In this document: piece by piece, positions 54,301 through 64,000 of the stretch
How the letters are laid out: each line of letters starts with the position of its first letter
How positions within the stretch are numbered: the stretch's first letter is position 1
NCBI GenBank assembly: GCA_964016885.1
Contig: OZ024750.1
Coordinates: forward strand, 41,974,001-42,038,000
Reading direction: 5' to 3'
DNA length: 64,000 nucleotides
Source: Eledone cirrhosa
Taxonomy: Eukaryota
Notes under the pieces: generated by a model
The model's database searches: none
What the model saw: the letters and a program-made list of their open reading frames with translations, nothing else
Told to the model about the DNA's origin: nothing
Position numbers and translations under genes: made by a program

Positions 54301-55301
54301 GACAGTAGGTATGGCTGGACTGTAGATATGGCTGGACTGCAGGTATGGCTGGACTGTGGATATAGCTGGACTGTAGATATGGCTGGACTGTGGATATGGT
54401 TGGACTGTAGGTATGGCTGGACTGTGGATATGGCTGGACTGTAGATGTGGCTGGACTGCAGGTATGGCTGGACTGTGAATATAGCTGGACTGCAGGTATG
54501 GCTGGACTGTGGATATGGCTAGACTGTAGGTATGGCTGGACTGTAGGTATGGCTGGACTGTGGATATGGTTGGACTGTAGATATGGCTGGACTGTAGATA
54601 TGGCTGGACTGTGGATATGGCTGGACTGTAGATATGGCTGGACTGTGGATATGGTTGGACTGTAGATATGGCTGGACTGTGGATATGGTTGGACTGTAGG
54701 TATGGCTGGACTGTAGGTATGGCTGGACTGTGGATATGGCTGGACTGTAGGTATGGCTGGATGTAGGTATGGCTGGACTGTAGGTATGGCTGGACTGTAG
54801 GTATGGCTGGACTGTAGATATGGCTGGACTGTAGATATGGCTGGACTGTAGGTATGGCTGGACTGTAGGTATGGCTGGACTGTGGATATGGCTGGACTGT
54901 AGGTATGGCTGGACTGTAGGTATGACTGGACTGTGGATATGGCTGGACTGTAGGTATGGCTGGACTGTAGGTATGGCTGGACTGTAGGTATGGCTGGACT
55001 GTGGATATGGCTGGACTGTAGGTATGGCTGGACTGTAGATATGGCTGGACTGTAGATATGGCTGGACTGTAGGTATGGCTGGACTGTAGGTATGACTGGA
55101 CTGTGGATATGGCTGGACTGTAGGTATGGCTGGACTGTAGGTATGGCTGGACTGTAGGTATGGCTGGACTGTGGATATGGCTGGACTGTGGATAAGGCTG
55201 GACTGTAGGTATGGCTGGACTGTGGATATGGCTGGACTGTGGATAAGGCTGGACTGTAGGTATGGCTGGACTGTGGATATGGCTGGACTGTGGATAAGGC
55301 T
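27313..55301. repeat. 17-bp satellite array, ~28 kb (~1,640 units)
   Basis: Consensus GGCTGGACTGTAG(G/A)TAT, uninterrupted and in a single orientation. Confidence 0.98.
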
Positions 55302-55985
55302 GTGGTGGTGGTGGTGGTGGTGGTGGTGGTGGTGGTGGTGGTGGTGGTGGTGGTGATTGTGGGGGCGTAATGGTGGTGATGGTGGCAGTGGTGGTTGTGG
55401 TGGTGGTGGTGGTGGTGGTGGTGGTGGCAGTGGTGGCAGTGGTAGCAGTCGTGGTGGTGGTGGTGGTGGTGGTGGTAGTGGTGGCAGTGGTGGAAATGGT
55501 GGTGGTGGTGGTGATGGTGGCAGTGGTAGTGGTGGTGGTGGTAGTGGTGGTGGTGGTAGTGGTGATGGTGGTAGTGGTAGTGTTGGTGGTGGTAGTGGTG
55601 ATGGTGGTGGTGGTGGCAGTGGGGGGAGGGGTAGTGGTGGTGGTGGTGGTGGTGGTGGTGGTGGTGGTGGTGGTGGTGGTGATTGTGGGGGGTAATGGTG
55701 GTGATGGTGGCAGTGGTGGTGGTGGTGGTGGTGGTGGTGGTGGTGGCAGTGGTGGCAATGGTGGTGGTGGTGGTGATGGTGGCAGTGGTAGTGGTGGTGG
55801 TGGTAGTGGTGATGGTGGTGGTGGTAGTGGTGGTACTGGTAGTGGTGGTGGTGGTAGTGGTGATGGTGGTGATGGCAGTGGTGATGGTGGTAGTGGTAGT
55901 GGTGGTGGTGGTAGTGGTGGCAGTGGTAGTAGTGGTGATGGTGGTGGTGGTAGTTGTGGTAGTGGTAGTGGTGGTGGTGGCAGTG
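55302..55985. repeat. (GGT)n/(GGT,AGT,GAT) tract
   Basis: Direct reading; internal duplication marked by GATTGTGGGGG at ~55355 and ~55681. Confidence 0.92.
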
Positions 55986-56084
55986 ACAGTCTCTCATATA
56001 CATTTAAATATATTCAGATATATGCATCCATATTTATGCATATGTACCTATGATCACCACTCCCATCGTATTATTGTAACATAA

Positions 56085-56610
56085 ATATATACATATATAT
56101 ATATACATTCACACACACATATATATATACACATACACACACAGGCATAGAAACATACACACAGGCATAGAAACACACACACACATGTATATATATACAT
56201 ACACACGCACATATATATGTACATATACACATACACACAAGCTTATATATATATACAAAATACTTAAACTATTCGTACATATATACATGAAATCATACAT
56301 ATAGATATATACAGACACACATATATATATACATATATACACACACACACATATATACACATACACACACAGGCATAGAAAAGCACACACATATATATAC
56401 ATACACACGCACATATATATATACACATACACACACAGGCATAGAAACATACACACATATATATACATACACACGCACATATATATATATATATATATAT
56501 ATACAGACACACATATATATATATACAGACACACACACATATATATATATATACAGACACACACATATATATATATACATACACACCCACATATACACAA
56601 TATACATGCA
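56085..56610. repeat. (CA)/(TA) compound microsatellite with CAGGCATAGAAA inserts
   Basis: Direct reading. Confidence 0.85.
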
Positions 56611-56773
56611 CATGTGTAGACACACGAATGCATTATTATGCATTTATTCCTTCATACATATACATAAAGAGAGAAATACAGAAATATGAAGAGAGAGAGA
56701 GAGAGAGAGAGAGAAGATAGGATAAATAGAGAATCTTTAACCTTTGTTTCTAATATATTCTTCTCTCTCTCTC

Positions 56774-56813
<40 letters not shown>

Positions 56814-56827
56814 ATGTTTATATATAT

Positions 56828-56991
56828 ATAGGAAAAAGTATGACCCCAACTGCAGAGCTCAAGCCGTTTCGAAACGGCTTGAGCTCTGCCGTTGGGGTCA
56901 TACTTTTTCCTATTTCCCACTCTACTATCCTAAGTATTGAGTACTCTGGTGCATTATGGTCCATCTGGTTCCTTACCACAATTCCTTTGTT
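56828..56991. mobile_element. Family E repeat ending in an 86-bp spacer-less palindrome
   Basis: Palindrome 56828-56913 centred on TTTC|GAAA with one mismatch; ~56892-56991 is homologous (inverted) to 23752-23852. Confidence 0.75.
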
Positions 56992-56994
56992 ATA

Positions 56995-57035
<41 letters not shown>

Positions 57036-57039
<4 letters not shown>

Positions 57040-57430
57040 GATATTAATAAATGGAAACTATATTTATAAAACCATATTTATTTCATTATACATATTTCAG
57101 GGATACCACATTAAATTCTGGTATGCCTTCATCAGACAAAATACAATATATAACAGTTTTACAAATAGGTTTGACGTACTCTTTAAAATACAACCATTAC
57201 TTTTGGAGACTGTCTGGATAGTGATTTGTTTATATAATAAGTCATAGTGTTAAGCACAATTAGAAAAGGACGGAGAGAAAGAAAAAAGACGGAGAGAGAG
57301 AAAATATGGTTTTATAAATATAGTTTCCATTTATTAATATCGTATATCTACTCCAAAAATTTGTCGAGTGCTTTATATCAGTTATAAAAATATTTACTTG
57401 TTGTATCCCAACAACTTTAAATAGAACTTT

Positions 57431-57435
<5 letters not shown>
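57036..57435. mobile_element. Family A element with inverted arms
   Basis: 57036-57078 inverted vs 57303-57346; the long arm ends TTTTGCA(TA)n. Confidence 0.72.
57079..57143 (-). ncRNA. Type I hammerhead motif, family A
   Basis: Minus strand TATTTTGT-CTGATGA-AGG-c-ATACCA..TGGTAT-c-CCT-GAAA-TATGTATA-ATGAAATA. Confidence 0.72.
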
Positions 57436-57485
<50 letters not shown>

Positions 57486-57487
<2 letters not shown>

Positions 57488-57637
57488 TTTCTGAATTTGT
57501 TTAGCAAGATTCTTTATCTGAAAACGTGTGTTGAAACCGATATTGTTATGCTTTGGGAAGGTCATGTTGCCAATAAGAAACACTCGCACTGGTGCGTGTG
57601 TTTTTTATTGGCAACATGACCCTCCCAAAGCATAACA

Positions 57638-57641
<4 letters not shown>
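57486..57641. mobile_element. Family C-related fold-back: ~50-bp arms, 2-bp spacer, plus tail
   Basis: 57540-57589 vs 57592-57641; the extension 57495-57540 is homologous to 22158-22203. Confidence 0.7.
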
Positions 57642-57669
<28 letters not shown>

Positions 57670-57985
57670 ATACTAGGGGAGGTTCATATTGTTGTAATAA
57701 TATTGCCAGAATTAATAACAGAACACACTCACTGTTTGGTTGGTTTTCGTTTCTGTGTCTTTTATATCAGTTAATTTATTCGGTCCTCAATGTTTACCAT
57801 TGACTGACCAACGGTCAAAAATACAGATATAATATAGACATAAACACATATATATAGTCTAACAAAGTTGTTTCGTTGCACATCTGCAACATCGTCAGTG
57901 GTGATATTATGTTTCCTCCTGTTGTGTTGTATGTCTACGCCATCTTTATTTAATCTGTTTATTTATTTAACCTCGCAAAACTATA
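57670..57985. mobile_element. Family C copy with hammerhead-like core on the minus strand
   Basis: Homologous to 21860-22100; CTGACGA-T-GTTGCA..TGCAAC-GAAAC at 57870-57898. Confidence 0.62.
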
Positions 57986-58246
57986 TATATATATAGAGAG
58001 AGAGAGAGATAATGTTTATATATAATATATAATTGTTTCTACTTTTGGCACAAAATACATATATATATAATATATATATATATATAATATATAATACATA
58101 TATATATATATATATGCAAAAGTTCTATTTAAAATTGTTGGGATACAACAAGTAAATATTTTATAACTGATATAAAGCACTCGACAAGTTTTTGGAGTAG
58201 ATATACGATATTAAATAAATGGAAACTATATTTATAAAACCATATT

Positions 58247-58311
58247 TATTTCATTATACATATTTCAGGGATACCAAATTAAAATATGGTATGCCTTCAT
58301 CAGACAAAATA
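58247..58311 (-). ncRNA. Type I hammerhead motif, family A
   Basis: TCATCAG at 58297-58303 and TTTC at 58263-58266; stems as at 57079. Confidence 0.72.
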
Positions 58312-58380
58312 CAATATATATATATATGGTTGCATCTAATAGGGTACGTCAAAATTATTTATAAAACTGTTTATATATTG

Positions 58381-58449
58381 TATTTTGTCTGATGAAGGCA
58401 TACCATATTTTAATTTGGTATCTATCCCTGAAATATGTATAATGAAATA
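58381..58449 (+). ncRNA. Type I hammerhead motif, family A
   Basis: CTGATGA at 58389-58395; GAAA at 58430-58433; 4-bp duplication in stem II; stem I TATTTTGT/ATGAAATA. Confidence 0.68.
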
Positions 58450-58490
58450 AATATGGTTTTATAAATATAGTTTCCATTTATTTAATATCG

Positions 58491-58521
<31 letters not shown>

Positions 58522-58559
58522 ATACGTATATATATATATATATATATAATATATAATAC

Positions 58560-58596
<37 letters not shown>

Positions 58597-58601
58597 CATA
58601 C

Positions 58602-58659
<58 letters not shown>

Positions 58660-58673
58660 AAATATATAATACG

Positions 58674-58710
<37 letters not shown>

Positions 58711-58741
58711 TTATAATCATCATCGTGATACATATATAGGG

Positions 58742-58791
<50 letters not shown>

Positions 58792-59272
58792 CATCTCTTT
58801 CTCTCTCATATGTAACCCAATAATTAATTATCGTCCTGAAAAGGTTTTGAAAATATTTTATATTTTATTCAACAACATTTGTTTATGGCATCAGAGAATC
58901 TTATTTTCTAGAACAACTTAATGCTTAGCAATAGCTTCTTTACGTAATTTTAGTTTGAAATTTTTTCTTCTTTGTATGTGTTGGGGAGCTGGAGTATGGT
59001 GGGAGTGGAGTAAATTGCTTTCCTTTTATGTCAGTGCATTATTTCTGGTACCTTAATCAAGAAAATGACAGTGTTGGTTGTCAACAGAATTATATCAACT
59101 TCCACGAGGGAAAATTGCTTCTAAATTTTTCCTGGACTTCACAGGTTTTGCACGACTCCACACTCTTCCTTAACAAACTGCAGTAAAGGGCCAGATTCAT
59201 TCATTAACCCCTGTCATAGCAAACTTCCTGAAATTGTCTCCGGTTCTAACATACATCACAGATTGTTTTAAA

Positions 59273-60972
59273 TCTACTTATATATATAACCAGCAATTTC
59301 TCTGTCTGTCTGTCCGACAGTGAAAACACGTGCGTAGAGAGAGAGTGAGAGTGAAAGAAAGAGACAGACTACGAGAGGGGGATAGCGGGAGGGAGAGAGA
59401 GAGAGAGTGAATAGACGCTAAAACACGTGCTACAGAAACATTACCTTCCCCTCTCCACTGACTTTGGTCACTGAGGCCGAGGGAATCGCGCTGAGCGCGT
59501 CATAATGACGTAATGCAGACAGCCAGACATACAGACAGGTATTATAAGGGCGCAACGTTATATCTATGTATCTATCTAAAAAGAAAGACTAAGAATTATA
59601 TAGAGAGAACGCTAAATCGCCTAATGCGGTCCCTAGGGCTTTGAAAATTTGAAATAATTTTTGCTCAAAACACTCACAGGACCATAAGTATTACATGTCT
59701 AAAGTTTGAAAACAATCGGTTGGATGGTTCTCAAGTTTTAGTGAGCTGACAGACAGACAGACATTCTCTGTTTTAGATATATAGACTAGCAGAAAACCGC
59801 CCACCGAATGGTTTTCTGCTAGTCTCTCTATATATAAAACAGAGAATGTCTGTCTGTCTGTGTAAATCTCTAAAACTCAAGAAGTACCCGACCGATTTCT
59901 TTTAAACTTTACACATGCGTTACTTATATTTCTTGAAGTGCAATAGGCTAAACACTTTTTTTTTCTGCCCTAGGGCCCGCATTAGGCAAAAAACTGCATT
60001 CTTTTAGGCATTTTTAGATTTTTTTAGGCGTAACTTAAAGATAATCCAGCTAATTTCCTCGAAATTTGCAGCACACATTAGTTAGTCCCCTCGCATTGCT
60101 GATTTCCGATTCCATTAATGGTTCCTAGGAAATTTACGAATTAGCATTGGACATTACATGTCATTTTCATTTTCAATATAAACGCTACTTAAACATTGTA
60201 AGTAGTGTGTAATATTTCGTTAAAAATTTGGTATATTTAACAGAGGGCACAACTTACTTTTAAGCAGGACCATTTTCGGGGGTTTGAGGAAATGTGGAGA
60301 ACCTTAAAATGTTTGTCGGTGCCCTGTTGACGCTTCGTGCTTTCATCACGTGCAAATCCGGGCCCTGTGTATGTTGCCGTGTTATTGACACCGTAAAACT
60401 CATGTCTGTGCTACTTCTACTAAGACCCCTTTTGTTTCCCCTACACCGCAGTATCAACGCCCTGTTCAAGTACGCTCAACAACGGTTGTGCTAATTCCTC
60501 GGTGACCCCTTTTGTTGCACCTTTGTTGCTGTGTAAACGCTGTGCAACCAGTGCCGCCCAGCGTTTGTGCTAATTGCACTATGACCACCTTCTGTTGCAG
60601 CTGCGTTACCACGCTGATTTCGTCATCTCAATATCCCTACTTAAACGTACATCCCTACTTGGTTTTCACACAATTGAGTACGTCGCTCCTTCAGACTGAT
60701 GTGTGTTCCCCATCCGTGACGTAATTCGTGAACGGACTTACGACATACACCGTCCCACAACACTTACTCCTTTCGCATACAGGATTTCCGCAATCAGCAA
60801 ATACTACTGGATTCGGCCTGCTGGTGTTCTACGTTTCTAGTAGATGAACAATCATTCCCTGAGAATAAGGTAAGGGAATTCAAAAAGTACACAGCTACAT
60901 TCCTCAATCGTTGCATATGTGTGTTGCTATTTCACATTTCCTACCCTGTGCAATGCCGGGTCCTGCTGCTAG
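59273..60972 (+). mobile_element. Composite non-autonomous Helitron
   Basis: Starts A|TC-TACTTATATATATAA..(GTCT)n; ends with hairpin ACCC..GGGT (60943-60961) and CTAG (60969-60972)|T; no TSD. Confidence 0.65.
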
Positions 60973-61189
60973 TTGTTTATATTTTTCTAAAACAAACTTC
61001 AATCATAATTTTATGTAAGAACCTTCGTTAAGTAATGTTTCAAACACCAACTTAATGAGAAAGGTTTTTATATTACTAAATCTTTCTAAATTCTTGATTA
61101 ATTTCAAATTAATTTGAAAATCATAGGCAGTGTCTTTAATTGGGAATATGATGCAGAAAAGATTAATCACAGAAAAGACAGTGCTGTTG

Positions 61190-61190
<1 letters not shown>

Positions 61191-61275
<85 letters not shown>
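61191..61275. repeat. (CT)n microsatellite
   Basis: Direct reading. Confidence 0.95.
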
Positions 61276-61276
<1 letters not shown>

Positions 61277-61407
61277 ATTACATACATACATACATCATCA
61301 TCACCATCATTGTTTTAACGTCCACTTTCCTTGCTAGAAACGGTTAGACAGCTCTACATTGACCAAGTCTGTACTGAAGTAATGGCTGCTGATCTCCCAG
61401 ATAAAAG

Positions 61408-61657
61408 CTTCAGAAAGTTGAAACAATGTGATAGAAATATATAAAGGTCAATAGATGACAAAACAAAATGTGTTTTTTACCCAATATATTTCTTTATGAT
61501 ATTTCAGGGATTGACACTCTTTTCAAATGCAAACAAAAAACGATGTGTTCTTCCTTAATTGGTCCATGTAGTTAAAGAAACATTATTTTGTTTTGTTTTA
61601 TTTTTCATTCTTTGTCCTTTCTATATTTCTACCACATTCTACCAGCTTTTCTGAAGT
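61408..61657. repeat. Old imperfect inverted repeat (MITE-like)
   Basis: CTTCAGAAAG..AATGTGATAGAAATATATAAAGG vs CCTTTCTATATTTCTACCACATT..TTTTCTGAAG. Confidence 0.5.
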
Positions 61658-61694
61658 TCTCATCAATATCTAACAACACTTCATATTAACTATA

Positions 61695-61860
61695 GTTGTT
61701 TCTACTTTAGGCACAAGGCCAGCAATTACCCAGTACATTACTGGTACTTTATTTTATCGACCCCATAAGGATGAAAGGCAAAGTTAACTTCGGCGGGATT
61801 TGAACTCAGTTCGTAAAGGGACGTAACTGTGCTGCAAAGCATGGCGTCTGACCCTCTACT
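61695..61860 (-). mobile_element. Family 1 SINE
   Basis: Reverse complement of the 1025-1215 family. Confidence 0.82.
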
Positions 61861-62049
61861 ATAGTAATATATATATATAACAGTTGATCAACAAGATCCC
61901 AGACCTTAATGAGTGGGGTGAAGCTCACTAAATCGGACCAAAGAAACAATGTTTCCATGGTCCTTCCAACTGCTAATACTATCTACCAGTCGTAAATCCA
62001 GGCAGAAGGAGCAACGCGAAATAAAGTGTCTTGCTCAAAGACGTAATTC

Positions 62050-62235
62050 ATCTCTAGGGGTTTATAAACCAAACTAGTTTCAGTATTTTCCCTCTCTAGA
62101 GGTTTACAAACCAAACTAGTTTCAGTATTTTCCCTCTCTAGAAGTTTATAAACCAAACTAGTTTCACTATTTTCCCTCTCTAGAAGTTTATAAACCAAAC
62201 TAGTTTCACTATTTTCTGACTCTAGAGGTTTATAC
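62050..62235. repeat. 42-bp minisatellite, ~4.5 units
   Basis: Unit TCTAGAAGTTTATAAACCAAACTAGTTTCACTATTTTCCCTC. Confidence 0.88.
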
Positions 62236-62296
62236 ACTCGACTTGTTCCACCATTTTTTGTTGTCAAAACACCTGCATTAAAGCAGCTTCCTTTAA

Positions 62297-62732
62297 CTGT
62301 TTACCATTTACATTACTCTATATATACTATTGTATTTTCACAGTAAAGGCTTTATCTCACATAATATCTCACATAACATTTACATTACTCTATATATACT
62401 ATTGTATTTTCACAGTAAAGGCTTTACCTCACATAATATCTCACATAATATTGAATCTATGAGATTTTAATATTATTTATTTTGAGAACGTCCCTTTATG
62501 ATCTGAGTTCAAATCCCACCGAGGTTGACTTTGCCTTTCATCCTTACAGGGTCGATAAAATAAAGTACCAGTAATGCACTGGGTAATTGCTGGCCTTGTG
62601 CCTAAAGTAGAAACAATTATTTATTTTGAGAACAATACCTTAACATCAGTATGAGCGGCCGGTTGCAGTCGGTTTGAACAGAAAGAGGTGAGGGAATTCT
62701 GGAAGGATATGGCCAGTTTATATGCTAAAGGG
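62297..62732 (+). mobile_element. TTAA MITE copy (two 72-bp units) with nested SINE
   Basis: TTAA at 62293-62296 with degenerate left TIR; right TIR ATGCTAAAGGG then TTAA at 62733-62736. Confidence 0.82.
62490..62615 (+). mobile_element. 5'-truncated family 1 SINE with target-site duplication
   Basis: ATTATTTATTTTGAGAAC at 62472-62489 and 62616-62633. Confidence 0.85.
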
Positions 62733-62887
62733 TTAAGATAACATAATTTCTACATTGTTTATTGATTTTTGTTGTTGATGTTATTGTTAGATCCTGTTGG
62801 AATAGCTATGATTCATCATTGACTGCAAAGTAAGAGATGATACATGATAAAATAGTTTAATAAGTCTTCTTATGAGTTTCTGAGGTT

Positions 62888-63499
62888 GAACATTTTGGAC
62901 AAGTGCCTGTCATGATAGGCCTGGGTTGACCTGAGAACATTTTGAACAAGTGTCTGTTACGATAGGCCTGAGTTGACCTGAGAACATTTTGGACAAGTGT
63001 CTGTTACGATAGGCCTGGGTTGACCTGAGAACATTTTGGACAAGTGTCTGTTACGATAGGCCTGAGTTGACCTGAGAACATTTTGGACAAGTGACTGTTA
63101 CGATAGGCCTGGGTTGACCTGAGAACATTTTGGACAAGTGACTGTTACGATAGGCCTGAGTTGACCTGAGAACATTTTGGACAAGTGACTGTTACGATAG
63201 GCCTGGGTTGACCTGAGAACATTTTGGACAAGTGACTGTTACGATAGGCCTGGGTTGGCCTGAGAACATTTTGGACAAGTGACTGTTACGATAGGCCTGG
63301 GTTGACCTGAGAACATTTTGGACAAGTGACTGTTACGATAGGCCTGGGTTGGCCTGAGAACATTTTGGACAAGTGTCTGTTACGATAGGCCTGGGTTGAC
63401 CTGAGAACATTTTGGACAAGTGTCTGTTACGATAGGCCTGGGTTGACCTGAGAACATTTTGGACAAGTGTCTGTTACGATAGGCCTGGGTTGACCTGAG
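62888..63499. repeat. 47-bp minisatellite, ~13 units
   Basis: Unit GAACATTTTGGACAAGTGTCTGTTACGATAGGCCTGGGTTGACCTGA. Confidence 0.95.
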
Positions 63500-63567
63500 C
63501 CTTGTGAGTGAAACTGAGTGGGTGGAAAATATTGGAAAGCTTGCCAGATGACCTGTACTTGTAATTC

Positions 63568-63877
63568 AAATGACCAGTCTTGTCACACACTGTGTCACAA
63601 TTGACCAGTCATGTCACACACTGTGTCACAGATGGTCAGCCTTGTCACACATTGTGTCACAAATCCAGCCTTGTAACACACTGTGTCACAGATGGTCAGC
63701 GTTGTCACACAATGTGTCACAAATGACCAGCCTTGTCACACACTGTGTCACAGATGGTCAGCCTTGTCACATGATGTGTCACAAATGACCAATCTTGTCA
63801 CATGATGTGTCACAGATGACAAACCTTGTCACACACTGTATCACAATTGACCAGCCTTGTCACACACTGCGTCACAC
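63568..63877. repeat. ~31-bp minisatellite, ~10 units
   Basis: Unit ATGACCAGCCTTGTCACACACTGTGTCACAA. Confidence 0.9.
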
Positions 63878-64000
63878 TGAATTTCTTTGAAAATTACATT
63901 AAGGGTGCACGTCTCTGTGGAATACTCAGCCACTGGCACATTAGTTTCCACAAGTAGGCCATTAAGTAATGTTCCAAAAATAGTTTAAGAATTAAGGAAG

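Larger units (their letters stand above)
58115..58496. mobile_element. Family A inverted pair carrying two divergent hammerheads
   Basis: 58201-58318 vs 58374-58496 inverted; tail 58115-58200; (TA)n flanks. Confidence 0.78.

Noticed and set aside
27313-55301. CRISPR-like array
   Set aside because: Contiguous monomers with no unique spacers, no cas genes, and a eukaryotic context.
27313-55301. TAG|GTATGG in each unit as recursive splice sites
   Set aside because: No polypyrimidine tract, and the only exon candidates are on the opposite strand.
46185-56003. Long minus-strand ORFs (691, 1427, 494 aa) with YSPAIPT repeats resembling the RNA Pol II CTD or mucins
   Set aside because: The 17-bp consensus has no stop in any minus frame, so long ORFs are automatic. 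The unit is not a multiple of 3, and 16-bp variants shift frame freely.
59204-61167. Older TTAA-CCC MITE as host of the Helitron
   Set aside because: The left end TTAACCCC is plausible, but the right end (AAAAGATTAA) is too degenerate and there is no second copy in the window.

Overview
Eukaryotic, AT-rich, almost entirely repetitive DNA. The SINE, RTE and microsatellite content suggests an octopus/cephalopod genome, but this is inference. No host gene is confidently identified. Main contents: (1) a near full-length but frameshifted Tx1/L1-clade LINE (~2811-8435) inserted in the amplified 72-bp internal tandem repeat of a TTAA/piggyBac-type MITE that has three other copies in the window; (2) about ten hammerhead-ribozyme-like motifs from several short families, mostly in (TA)n-flanked short-arm/long-arm inverted duplications typical of Penelope-like retroelement termini; (3) a ~28-kb array of a 17-bp unit (27313-55301) with kb-scale higher-order duplications, bracketed by GGT-rich tracts; (4) a composite non-autonomous Helitron with an internal palindrome of two CTAG|TC end-to-end junctions; (5) a decayed hAT transposase, RTE 3' fragments, three tRNA-derived SINE families (some in tandem clusters), several minisatellites and many microsatellites. 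Nearly all supplied ORFs outside the LINE are repeat artefacts.
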